Part shown: positions 1 to 8,408 of the stretch, piece by piece
Numbering within the stretch: the stretch's first letter is position 1
Layout of the letters: every line of letters begins with the position of its first letter
Source of the DNA: Vicinamibacteria bacterium
GTDB taxonomy: Bacteria > Acidobacteriota > Vicinamibacteria > Marinacidobacterales > Marinacidobacteraceae
Length of the DNA: 64,000 nucleotides
Assembly (NCBI GenBank): GCA_963422395.1
Contig: OY729431.1
Span: 416,001-480,000, forward strand
Direction of reading: 5' to 3'
Translations under genes and position numbers: made by a program
The notes under the pieces: generated by a model
What the model saw: the letters and a program-made list of their open reading frames with translations, nothing else
Databases searched by the model: none
Told to the model about the DNA's origin: nothing

Positions 1-791
1 AGCCGCAGCGTCCCGTCGGAGAAGTCCTGTTCGTTCTGACGAGCGCCCTTTGGACGCCAGTGCTGGTAGCGGGCCTCCAGGTGCCAGTTCCCACGCTGAT
101 CCTGAACGAGTTCCAGGTGGTCCAGCTGGGGGACGGCGGTGCGAAGGGCCTGGCCGATCCGCCCCAGCCGCTGCTTCCGGGTCTTCTCCGGGGTTTCCGC
201 GATCCGCCGCAGAAAGTCGCCGCCGTAGGGACTCGAGCGACCTTCGCCCGCGAATCCGGGGTTCCGGAGAAGCTGCGGAACCAGGTGCAGATAGGTGATG
301 GAGCGTAGGAATTCGGCGATCTCGCGGAAGCCGCGGTTTTCCCCCATCTGCTCCAGATGGGTCTGGGTGAGCCGCTCGGAATCCTGCCGGTCTTCTTCGA
401 TAGGCCTCCGTAGCACCGTCTCCCCGCTCTTTTGCACCACTTCCGAAAAAAGGATCGGACGATGCTTACCGCGCGGTTCTGCCGAAAAGGCGAGCTCGTA
501 ACTCCAACGGCGCGGTTCCTGGGCCTCTCCGATCTCGATTCCGATCGTGACCTGTCCGTGGTTGTGGTTCCGGGCGGCGAGACAGCGCACCCGGGTGAGC
601 CCGCCGCGGCTCGCGACGGCATGCTGGAAACCGCCTCCGGTCGAGGCGAGCTCGCGGAGGAAACGCAAGGCGTCGAGCAGGTTCGACTTGCCGGAGGCGT
701 TCGGGCCGACCACCAGCATCCGGTCCTGAAGATCGAAGTCCGCCTTCTTGAAGTTCCGCCAGTTGTGGAGGGTGAGATGGGTGAGGCGCAC
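1..791 (-). CDS. AAA_21/AbiEii-like ABC-type ATPase (3' end beyond window), likely defence/TA-associated
   Basis: Manual translation, absent from the ORF track because no stop lies in the window: VRLTHLTLHNWRNFK...VVGPNASGKSNLLDALRFL (Walker A) ...QDFSDGTLRL (ABC signature variant) at the window edge. Confidence 0.8.
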   Translation of the reverse strand, partial: MRLTHLTLHNWRNFKKADFDLQDRMLVVGPNASGKSNLLDALRFLRELASTGGGFQHAVASRGGLTRVRCLAARNHNHGQVTIGIEIGEAQEPRRWSYELAFSAEPRGKHRPILFSEVVQKSGETVLRRPIEEDRQDSERLTQTHLEQMGENRGFREIAEFLRSITYLHLVPQLLRNPGFAGEGRSSPYGGDFLRRIAETPEKTRKQRLGRIGQALRTAVPQLDHLELVQDQRGNWHLEARYQHWRPKGARQNEQDFSDGTLR

Positions 792-939
792 CGCCACCGG
801 AGCGTACCAAACCAACAGGCGGAACGGCAGGGGCGCGGGCAGCGGGCTGCGTTGACTGCCGCCGCCCGATTCGGTACTTTCCGTCCACTTTCCCTACTAC
901 CGAGAACTCCCTGGAACTTCCGAAAGCCGAGCCGCTCCC

Positions 940-2967
940 TTGAATTCCCTGCTCTGGCTCGTCCCTGCGCTGCCCGGGCTCGGTGCGGTGCTGAACGGAC
1001 TCTTCGGGCGGCGCCTCGGCAAGCGGCTCTCCGCCGCGGTCGCCTGCGGTTCGGTGGCAGCGTCGTTCCTGATCGCGCTCGGGTTCTTCTTCTCGGTCTT
1101 CCTCGCCGAGGGCGGCGCCTCCGCGCGGATCGAACAGTCGCTCTTCTCCTGGATCCCGAGCATGGGGGTGGACTGGGCCTACCGGCTCGACTCGCTCTCG
1201 ATGGTGATGACGCTGGTGGTCACCGGGATCGGGTTGCTGATCCACATCTATTCGATCGGCTACATGAGCGCCGACGCCGGTTTCAGTCGCTTCTTCGCCT
1301 ACCTCAACCTGTTCACCTTCTTCATGCTGAATCTGGTGCTCGGGGCGAACATGCTGCTGCTGTTCATCGGCTGGGAGGGGGTAGGGCTCTGTTCCTACCT
1401 CCTGATCGGCTTCTGGTTCGAGCGGCCGGCGGCGGCGCAGGCGGGCAAGAAGGCCTTCGTGGTGAACCGGATCGGGGACGCCGGCTTCATCCTCGCGGTG
1501 ATGCTCACCTTCGTCACCTTCGGCACCCTCGACTTCTACGGGGTGATGGGGCAGATCTCGGAAGCGGGGACGAGCGGCGGGGCGCTCACCGCGATCGGCA
1601 TCCTGCTCTTCGTCGGCGCCGCCGGAAAGTCGGCGCAGATTCCGCTCTATGTGTGGCTGCCCGATGCGATGGAGGGGCCGACCCCGGTGTCCGCCCTCAT
1701 CCACGCCGCCACGATGGTGACCGCCGGGGTGTACATGGTGGCCCGCTCGGGAGTGCTCTATGCGCACGCTCCTGCGGCGATGGCGCTGGTGGCCGCCGTG
1801 GGGGCGCTGACCGCGCTCTTCGCGGCTTCCATCGCACTCTTCCAGAACGACATCAAGAAGGTCCTCGCCTACTCCACCGTCTCCCAACTCGGTTACATGT
1901 TTCTCGGTGCCGGCGTCGGGGCCTTCGGGGCGGCGATCTTCCACCTGATGACCCACGCCTTCTTCAAGGCGTGCCTGTTCCTCGGTTCGGGGAGCGTCAT
2001 CCACGCGATGGAGCACGCCGAGCACGCCTCCGGCGGGCGCCGCTCGTACACCGAAATGCAGGACATGCGGAACATGGGCGGGCTCGCCCGCCATATGCCC
2101 CGCACCGCCTGGACCTTCATGATCGCCACCGCAGCGATCGCCGGACTCCCGCCGCTCGCCGGGTTCTTCAGCAAGGACGAGATCCTCTGGAAGGCGACCG
2201 ACGGCGGCCATGTCACGATGCTCTGGGTGCTGGGCGCGGCGGCGGCGGCGTTGACCGCCTTCTACATGACTCGGCAGGTCCTCATGACCTTCTGGGGCGA
2301 CTTCCGCGGCGGTGCGGCCATGGAGCGGAAGCTCCACGAATCCTCTCCCTCGATGACCGTTCCGCTGATCGTGCTCGCCGCCGGCTCGGTGGTCGCCGGG
2401 TTCGTTGGAGTGCCGGCGGTGCTCGGCGGGGCGAACCGCATCGAACATTTCCTCGAGCCCGCGATCCTCGCCGGGGGGCACGCCGCCGCCGAGACCCACC
2501 ACGGCTCCGCGGCAGTGGAATATGCCTTCATGGCGGTCTCGGTGGCGCTCGCCGCTGCCGGGATCTGGTTCGCTTGGCGCCGCTACCGGACGAACCCCAC
2601 CCGCGACGCCGCCCTCGCCGGAAGCGGCGCCTACCGGCTGCTGCTCGACAAATACCGGGTGGACGAGCTCTACGACGCTGGAGCGGTCGGCGGAACGCTC
2701 CGGGGCGGGGAGGCGCTCTACCGCTTCGATCAGCGGGTGGTGGACGGCGCGGTGAACGGGGCCGCTTCGGCGACCCGGCTCACCGGCGACCTCTCCGACC
2801 TGAGCGACCAGAACCTGGTGGACCGGTCGGTCGACATGGTGGCCGAGATCCTGGGCGCCGCCTCCGGCCGGTTCCGCCGGCTGCAGACCGGACTCTTCCA
2901 GAACTACGCCCTGCTCATGCTGTTCGCCGTGATCCTGCTCGGCGGGGCCCTCTACCTGTGGGGCTGA
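940..2967 (+). CDS. nuoL: NADH-quinone oxidoreductase subunit L
   Basis: Motifs GWEGVGLCSYLLIGFW, GKSAQIPLYVWLPDAMEGPTPVSALIHAATMV, KKVLAYSTVSQLGYM. Confidence 0.95.
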   Translation: MNSLLWLVPALPGLGAVLNGLFGRRLGKRLSAAVACGSVAASFLIALGFFFSVFLAEGGASARIEQSLFSWIPSMGVDWAYRLDSLSMVMTLVVTGIGLLIHIYSIGYMSADAGFSRFFAYLNLFTFFMLNLVLGANMLLLFIGWEGVGLCSYLLIGFWFERPAAAQAGKKAFVVNRIGDAGFILAVMLTFVTFGTLDFYGVMGQISEAGTSGGALTAIGILLFVGAAGKSAQIPLYVWLPDAMEGPTPVSALIHAATMVTAGVYMVARSGVLYAHAPAAMALVAAVGALTALFAASIALFQNDIKKVLAYSTVSQLGYMFLGAGVGAFGAAIFHLMTHAFFKACLFLGSGSVIHAMEHAEHASGGRRSYTEMQDMRNMGGLARHMPRTAWTFMIATAAIAGLPPLAGFFSKDEILWKATDGGHVTMLWVLGAAAAALTAFYMTRQVLMTFWGDFRGGAAMERKLHESSPSMTVPLIVLAAGSVVAGFVGVPAVLGGANRIEHFLEPAILAGGHAAAETHHGSAAVEYAFMAVSVALAAAGIWFAWRRYRTNPTRDAALAGSGAYRLLLDKYRVDELYDAGAVGGTLRGGEALYRFDQRVVDGAVNGAASATRLTGDLSDLSDQNLVDRSVDMVAEILGAASGRFRRLQTGLFQNYALLMLFAVILLGGALYLWG

Positions 2968-3002
2968 CCTTCGTCGGCCCGGCCCGGAACCACCGCATCT
3001 GA

Positions 3003-4586
3003 ATGTTCGAGAACAACCCGTTCCAATTCCCGATCCTTTCGCTGGTCGTCTTCTTTCCGGCGATCGCGGCGCTCTTCATCCTCTTCTTCGTTCGCAAGAC
3101 CGACGAGAACCGCGTCCGCTGGCTGGCGAACGGCGCCGCGCTGATCGGCTTCCTGCTCTCGCTGCCGCTCTGGTTCGCCTTCGACGCTGCCGGACCGCAA
3201 TTCCAGTTCGGCGAGCGCTACGAATGGATTCCGAGCATCGGCGTCGAATACAACCTCGGCCTCGACGGGATCAGCCTGCTGCTGGTCCTGATGACGACTC
3301 TGCTCGGCTTCATCGCCATCCTCTCCTCTTGGAGATCGGTCACCGACCGGGTGAAGCAGTACTACATCTTCCTGTTGCTGCTGCAGACCGGGATGCTGGG
3401 TGTCTTCGTCGCGCTCGATTTCTTCCTGTTCTATGTGTTCTGGGAAGTGATGCTGGTCCCGATGTACTTCCTCATCGGGGTCTGGGGAGGCGCGAGAAAG
3501 CTCTACGCGGCGATCAAGTTCTTCCTCTACACCCTCGTCGGGAGCGTGCTGATGCTGCTCGGCATCCTCGCGCTCTATTTCGCCCACTACGGGGCGACCG
3601 GCGAATACACCTTCGATCTGCTCCGGCTCATGGAGACCTCGTACGCCTCCGGGCTGCAATTCTGGGTGTTCCTCGCCTTCTTCATCGGGTTCGCGATCAA
3701 GGTCCCGATGTTCCCCTTCCACACTTGGCTCCCCGACGCGCATGTGGAGGCGCCCACTGCGGGGTCGGTGATCCTGGCGGGAGTGCTCTTGAAGATGGGA
3801 ACCTACGGGTTCGTCCGCTTCTCGATTCCGCTGCTCCCCGAAGCCAGCCGGGAGGCGGTGTGGTGGGTGGCCACCCTCGCCATCATCGGGATCATCTACG
3901 GGGCGCTGGTGGCGCTGGTCCAGAAGGACTGGAAGAGCCTCGTCGCCTACAGCTCGGTGAGCCACCTCGGCTTCGTGATGCTCGGCATCTTCGCGTTGAA
4001 CAGTCTCGGGCTCGAAGGCGGCATCCTCCAGATGATCAACCACGGGCTCTCCACCGGAGGACTCTTCCTGCTGGTCGGCATCATGTACGAGCAGCGCCAC
4101 ACCCGCGAGATCGCCGCCTACGGGGGGATCGCCAAGGTGGTGCCCAAGTACGCCGCGCTCTTCCTCATCATCGCGCTCTCCTCGATGGGCCTGCCGATGC
4201 TCAACGGTTTCATCGGGGAATTCCTGATCCTGCAGGGCATCTTCCAGGTGGACTGGGTGTACGCGGCTTTCGCCGTGTCCGGGATCGTGCTCGGCGCTGC
4301 CTATCTGCTCTGGCTCTATCAGCGGCTCATGTTCGGCAAGCTGGACAAGGAGGAGAACCGCGGCCTCGCCGACCTGACGAGCCGCGAGAACGCGACCCTC
4401 GTGCCCATCGTCGCGCTCTGTATCTTCATCGGGGTCTATCCCAAGCCGTTCCTCGAGAAGTTGGCGGTGCCGGTCCGAGCCATCGTGGAGCGGGTCTATC
4501 CGGACCGTGCCGAGGCCGCCGAACTCTCGATTCCTCCGGCGGAGCCCGGCTCTTCGGGAACGGTCTCCCTCCCGAGCGACGACTGA
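3003..4586 (+). CDS. nuoM: NADH-quinone oxidoreductase subunit M
   Basis: Motifs FYVFWEVMLVPMYFLIGVWG, IKVPMFPFHTWLPDAHVEAPTAGSVILAGVLLKMGTYG. Confidence 0.95.
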   Translation: MFENNPFQFPILSLVVFFPAIAALFILFFVRKTDENRVRWLANGAALIGFLLSLPLWFAFDAAGPQFQFGERYEWIPSIGVEYNLGLDGISLLLVLMTTLLGFIAILSSWRSVTDRVKQYYIFLLLLQTGMLGVFVALDFFLFYVFWEVMLVPMYFLIGVWGGARKLYAAIKFFLYTLVGSVLMLLGILALYFAHYGATGEYTFDLLRLMETSYASGLQFWVFLAFFIGFAIKVPMFPFHTWLPDAHVEAPTAGSVILAGVLLKMGTYGFVRFSIPLLPEASREAVWWVATLAIIGIIYGALVALVQKDWKSLVAYSSVSHLGFVMLGIFALNSLGLEGGILQMINHGLSTGGLFLLVGIMYEQRHTREIAAYGGIAKVVPKYAALFLIIALSSMGLPMLNGFIGEFLILQGIFQVDWVYAAFAVSGIVLGAAYLLWLYQRLMFGKLDKEENRGLADLTSRENATLVPIVALCIFIGVYPKPFLEKLAVPVRAIVERVYPDRAEAAELSIPPAEPGSSGTVSLPSDD

Positions 4587-4617
4587 GATCTCCGACCCCC
4601 GGGCTCTCACAACGAGT

Positions 4618-4639
4618 TCCTCCCCCGGCCGGGGGAGGA
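4618..4639. other. Perfect 22-bp GC-rich palindrome between nuoM and atpZ (hairpin; possible RNA processing/stability element)
   Basis: TCCTCCCCCGGCCGGGGGAGGA is self-complementary; no U-tract follows. Confidence 0.45.
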
Positions 4640-4691
4640 GTCCGGCGGATCGTCGCGAGAAGAGAGTTGCCGGAAGGAGCGCTTCCTGACA

Positions 4692-4967
4692 GTGACGGAG
4701 CCTCCGATCGCGCCCCGCGCCCGGATGCTGACGCTTCTGAGCCTCGGTTTTTCGGTGCCGACAGCCATCCTGATGGGCGGCGCCGGGGGCTTTCTGCTCG
4801 ACCGCTGGCTCGGCACCGCGCCCTGGCTCTTCCTGGCGCTCCTGGGCTGCGGGATCGCCGCCGGCCTGCGGAATGTGATTCGAGCCGCCTCCGCGGCGGC
4901 GGGAGCGGACCCGGAGGAGCCCCCTGGATCAGGGACTTCCGAAAGCGGAGGGTCCGATCCTCGATGA
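4692..4967 (+). CDS. AtpZ/AtpI family small membrane protein
   Basis: Two TM helices with GFLLDRWLGTAPWLF motif; sits upstream of atpB. Confidence 0.85.
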   Translation: MTEPPIAPRARMLTLLSLGFSVPTAILMGGAGGFLLDRWLGTAPWLFLALLGCGIAAGLRNVIRAASAAAGADPEEPPGSGTSESGGSDPR

Positions 4968-5461
4968 GCTCTCCGAATCCGCCGCTCGCCCCGGGCCCGC
5001 CATCGGTCTCGGGCTCCGCGCCGGTCGCGCCCGAGGCGCGTCTCCTGCGCCGAGCGGTCGGGTTCGCTGCCGCCGGAAGCCTCGTCGGGCTCGCCTTCGG
5101 CCCCCGGATCGGGCTCTCGGTGCTCGGGGGAGCCGTGGTCTCGGTGCTGAACATCGTCGTCCTGCGGCGGGTGGCGGCGGGCTTCACCGCCTCCGGTTCG
5201 GCACGCTCGGCGCTGGCCCTCGCCGCGCTCACCGGAGTCCGCTATCTCTTGCTCGGCTCGGCGCTGTTTGCGATAATTGCGGTCTGGAACGCCGATGCGG
5301 TCGGCGTCGCTTTGGGGTTGGGCGCGCCGCTGCTGGCTGTCCTGCTGGAACTGGGAAGCGTGGGCTTCGGGGCCTTCCGGCCCCCGCAAGGCCATCCCTC
5401 CACCAGATCTGCCTCGACCGGGTCAGCCAACACCGGGTCGGCCAACCCCGGATCCGAATGA
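4964..5461 (+). CDS. atpI: ATP synthase subunit I-like membrane protein
   Basis: ATG at 4964 overlaps the previous stop (ATGA); about 4 TM helices with GAVVSVLN and VRYLLL; lies between atpZ and atpB. Confidence 0.75.
   Translation: MSSPNPPLAPGPPSVSGSAPVAPEARLLRRAVGFAAAGSLVGLAFGPRIGLSVLGGAVVSVLNIVVLRRVAAGFTASGSARSALALAALTGVRYLLLGSALFAIIAVWNADAVGVALGLGAPLLAVLLELGSVGFGAFRPPQGHPSTRSASTGSANTGSANPGSE
5417..5455 (+). repeat. 15-bp in-frame tandem repeat (about 2.6 copies) encoding TGSAN-TGSAN-PGS in the AtpI C-tail
   Basis: accgggtcagccaac accgggtcggccaac cccggatcc. Confidence 0.7.
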
Positions 5462-5533
5462 CGAGGCCGACGGCGGTGGGTCTCCCCGCTTCGCCTGCCT
5501 GAAACGCCTGAAGCCGTTCCCTGAAGCCCGCAC

Positions 5534-6223
5534 ATGGAAATCCACCACATCTCGGCCCTCTCGCACTGGATCGAGGCATGGTTCCATGTCCATCCGCCGG
5601 ACCACCTGGTCATGGCGGTCTTCTGCGCGTTCCTGCTCTCCGGGTTCGCGATCTTCTTCCGCCGCCGCATCTCGGTGGAGAACCCCGGACGGGTGCAGTT
5701 GGTGCTCGAAGCGTTGGTCGGCGGGCTCCTCGCCCTGCTCCGGGACAATGTCGGCGCGAAGGGGCGGCCCTTCCTCGGCCTCGTCGGCACCCTCGCGCTG
5801 TTCATCCTGGTGAGCAACCTGTTCGGGCTGGTGCCGTTCTTCTCTTCGCCCACGGTCAGCATCAACATGCCGGTGGGCTGCGCACTGGTCGCCTTCCTCT
5901 ACTACAACTTCCAGGGGATCCGGGAGCACGGCGCGAAGAAGTACTTCGCGCACTTCCTGGGACCGAGCCCGTACCTCGCGGTCGTGATGCTCCCCATCGA
6001 AATCATCAGCCATCTGAGCCGCATCCTCTCGCTGTCGGTCCGGCTCTTCGGAAACATCTTCGGCGAAGAGCTCGTGGTGGTGGTGTTCGCCTTCCTGGTG
6101 CCCTTCGTGGTGCCGGTGCCGATGATGGCCTTCGGGGTCTTCGGCAGCACGCTGCAGGCGTTCGTGTTCACCATGCTCACCGTCATCTACCTCGGCGGCG
6201 CGGTCGCCGCGGAAGAACACTGA
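5534..6223 (+). CDS. atpB: F0F1 ATP synthase subunit a
   Basis: PIEIISHLSRILSLSVRLFGNI and LQAFVFTMLTVIYL motifs. Confidence 0.95.
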   Translation: MEIHHISALSHWIEAWFHVHPPDHLVMAVFCAFLLSGFAIFFRRRISVENPGRVQLVLEALVGGLLALLRDNVGAKGRPFLGLVGTLALFILVSNLFGLVPFFSSPTVSINMPVGCALVAFLYYNFQGIREHGAKKYFAHFLGPSPYLAVVMLPIEIISHLSRILSLSVRLFGNIFGEELVVVVFAFLVPFVVPVPMMAFGVFGSTLQAFVFTMLTVIYLGGAVAAEEH

Positions 6224-6258
6224 TTCCCCAAACTCCCCCAACACCAAGGAGAAACACC

Positions 6259-6582
6259 GTGCCCAACAAGCTTCGGACGACCCTGCTGGCCGTCTTCGGC
6301 GTCCTCGCCGCCGTCCCGGCCTTCGCCCAGGGAACCTGGGATCCGGTGGTGAGCCAGTGGGCGCTGATCTCGGCCGGCGGAGCGATCGCCATCGCCGCCG
6401 CCTTCGGCGCCACCGCTCAGGGACGCGCCGTCGTCGGCGCCTGCGAGGGCCTCGCCCGGAATCCCGGTGCGGCGCCGCAGATCCGGTTCTCGCTGCTCCT
6501 CGGACTGGTGCTGATCGAGTCGCTCGTCATCTACGCTTTCGTCACCGCGCTCATCATCTTCTTCGTCCTCTGGAACGGGTAA
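6259..6582 (+). CDS. atpE: F0F1 ATP synthase subunit c with N-terminal signal-like extension
   Basis: GTG at 6259 after AAGGAG RBS; ARNP loop; LIESLVIY carries the essential Glu. Confidence 0.92.
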   Translation: MPNKLRTTLLAVFGVLAAVPAFAQGTWDPVVSQWALISAGGAIAIAAAFGATAQGRAVVGACEGLARNPGAAPQIRFSLLLGLVLIESLVIYAFVTALIIFFVLWNG

Positions 6583-6601
6583 GGGCACAGGGCCCTTCCG
6601 G

Positions 6602-7147
6602 TTGGGAGCGCACCGGGCCGCCCCGGGATACACGGTGTTCGGGCAGGAGCCGAGCTCCCGGGCCGGTCATCCGGCGGTCCCGGACAGCGAAAGAAGCGGG
6701 TCGCGGCCAGCCGCGGTCTGGGTGATCCGTGCCGACGGCGGGAAGTACACCGACCGTTTCGTCGCCGGCGGCTTTGCGGCGGTCGGAGGTGCGTTGGATA
6801 TTTCTTCCTGTGCGAGCCGCGCCGAGATCCGGCACTGCTACGAGCGGGCGTATCCGGAGGCGAGCCCCGCCCAGGTCGGTAGCGCCCTGGGCAACTTCGC
6901 CGCGTTTCTTCTCGAGATGCGCGAGGGCGATCATGTGATCACGCCGACCGCCGACCGGGGCTCGCTGCGCTATGGCTGCATCGCCGGACCTCCGGTGTTC
7001 GTCCGGGGGGATGACGGCTGTCCGCATCGGACGGAACCGCCGAGCCGTTTCGTGGGACCCGGCCCCGCTCCTCCGGTCCGCTTTCCCCGAATCGCTGCAG
7101 AACACCCTCGGCTCGACGAGAGCGGTCTTCCGCATCCAGCACCCTGA
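6602..7147 (+). pseudogene. Mrr-N-like (restriction-system-associated) domain, the frameshifted N-terminus of the downstream DUF262 protein
   Basis: VWVIRADGGKY..FVAGGFAAVG..EMREGDHVITP..RYG..DDGCPHR; the domain continues as RNRRAVSW..LQNTLGSTRAVFRI in the 6972 frame; CGGA duplication at 7028-7035. Confidence 0.65.
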
Positions 7148-8408
7148 GCCGTTCCTGGAAACGATCGGGGGAACCATCGGGGAGGTTCGATTGTCGACGG
7201 CGGAAGAAACGGCGCTTCCCGGCCGACGGCCGGCACCAGCAGCCGTCGCCGCGGCAGGCGATCCGCAAGGGCCGGAACCGGACCTCCCCGAGAAGCCCGA
7301 GGTGGGAGTGGGGGCCGCAGAGGAAGACGGCGTCGAAACCGAGCGGGGGGACGAGGGCGTGGACGAGCATCCGTTCGATCCTTCGAAGATCAGAGTCCGC
7401 ACCGTTTCCGTGGTCGTGGAGCAGTTGATCTCCCGCATCCACCACCAGGAGATCGATCTGGCCCCGGACTTCCAGCGGATGGCCGGAATCTGGACCGCGG
7501 AACAGAAGAGCCGCCTCATCGAGTCGCTGCTGCTGCGTATCCCGATCCCGGTTTTCTATGTGGCCGCCGATGCCGACGAGAACTGGGCGGTGGTCGACGG
7601 GGTCCAGCGGATTTCCACGATCTATGACTATGCGAAAGGCGAGTTCCCGTTGACCCGGCTCGAATACCGCCGGGAGCTGATCGGCAAGCACCATGAAGAG
7701 CTGCCGCGGCCGATGCAGCGCCGGATCAGCGAGACGCAGATGGTCGTGAATGTCATCGAGCCCGGCACCCCGCCGGAGGTGATGTTCAACATCTTTCGCC
7801 GGATCAACACCGGAGGGATGGCGCTCAACGGCCAGGAGATCCGACACGCGCTCCACCGCGGCCCGGTTCGGGATTACCTGAAACAGCTGGCCGTCTCCGA
7901 AGCGTTCCGAAGAGCGACGGACGGGTCGGTGAAGCCGGATCGGATGAAGGACCGGGAATGCGTCCTTCGATTCCTCGCCTTCCATCTCCAGCGGTGGGAG
8001 GACTACTCCGCTCAGTCGATCGATAGTCACCTTTCGGCGACGATGAAGGCGATCAACACCATGTCGTCCTCCAGGAGAGATGAAATCGCGGCGGACTTCG
8101 ACCGCGCCATGGAGGCTGCGTTCGGGATCTTCGGAGAACGCGCCTTCAGAAGAATGACCAGGAAGGCCATTCGCCGCCGTCCTGTCAACATGCCTCTGCT
8201 CGAGGCGTGGTCGGTGCAACTGGCGCGCTGTTCGGACGCTGCGCTGCGCCGTCTCGAGGCCCGCCGCGATGAGGTGAATGCCCGGTTCGAAGCTCTGCTG
8301 AGGCAGGATGCGGAATTCGAGAAGGCGATCTCTTCGTCCACCGGCACCCGGAAGCGGATCCGGACCCGCTTCGCCGCCATCCGCGACCTGGTGGAGGAAC
8401 TCGTCTGA
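6972..8408 (+). CDS. DUF262 (ParB/GmrS-like) protein, Menshen NsnA-like; true start uncertain
   Basis: DUF262 motifs PDFQR, SRLIESLLLRIPIP, VVDGVQR, IFRRINTGG; in-frame GTG at 7359 could serve as an internal start. Confidence 0.85.
   Translation: MAASPDLRCSSGGMTAVRIGRNRRAVSWDPAPLLRSAFPESLQNTLGSTRAVFRIQHPEPFLETIGGTIGEVRLSTAEETALPGRRPAPAAVAAAGDPQGPEPDLPEKPEVGVGAAEEDGVETERGDEGVDEHPFDPSKIRVRTVSVVVEQLISRIHHQEIDLAPDFQRMAGIWTAEQKSRLIESLLLRIPIPVFYVAADADENWAVVDGVQRISTIYDYAKGEFPLTRLEYRRELIGKHHEELPRPMQRRISETQMVVNVIEPGTPPEVMFNIFRRINTGGMALNGQEIRHALHRGPVRDYLKQLAVSEAFRRATDGSVKPDRMKDRECVLRFLAFHLQRWEDYSAQSIDSHLSATMKAINTMSSSRRDEIAADFDRAMEAAFGIFGERAFRRMTRKAIRRRPVNMPLLEAWSVQLARCSDAALRRLEARRDEVNARFEALLRQDAEFEKAISSSTGTRKRIRTRFAAIRDLVEELV

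Noticed and set aside
432-3002. 856-aa ORF, plus other very long Arg/Gly/Pro-rich ORFs (e.g. 14494-17370, 17073-19763, 39761-43195, 40216-42555)
   Set aside because: Alternate-frame or antisense shadows of real genes, expected at this high GC; no family motifs
6972-8408. DUF262 protein as GmrSD type IV restriction enzyme or Dnd/Ssp component
   Set aside because: No DUF1524/HNH motif and no dnd or ssp genes; the DUF3696 ATPase neighbour fits a Menshen-like system better
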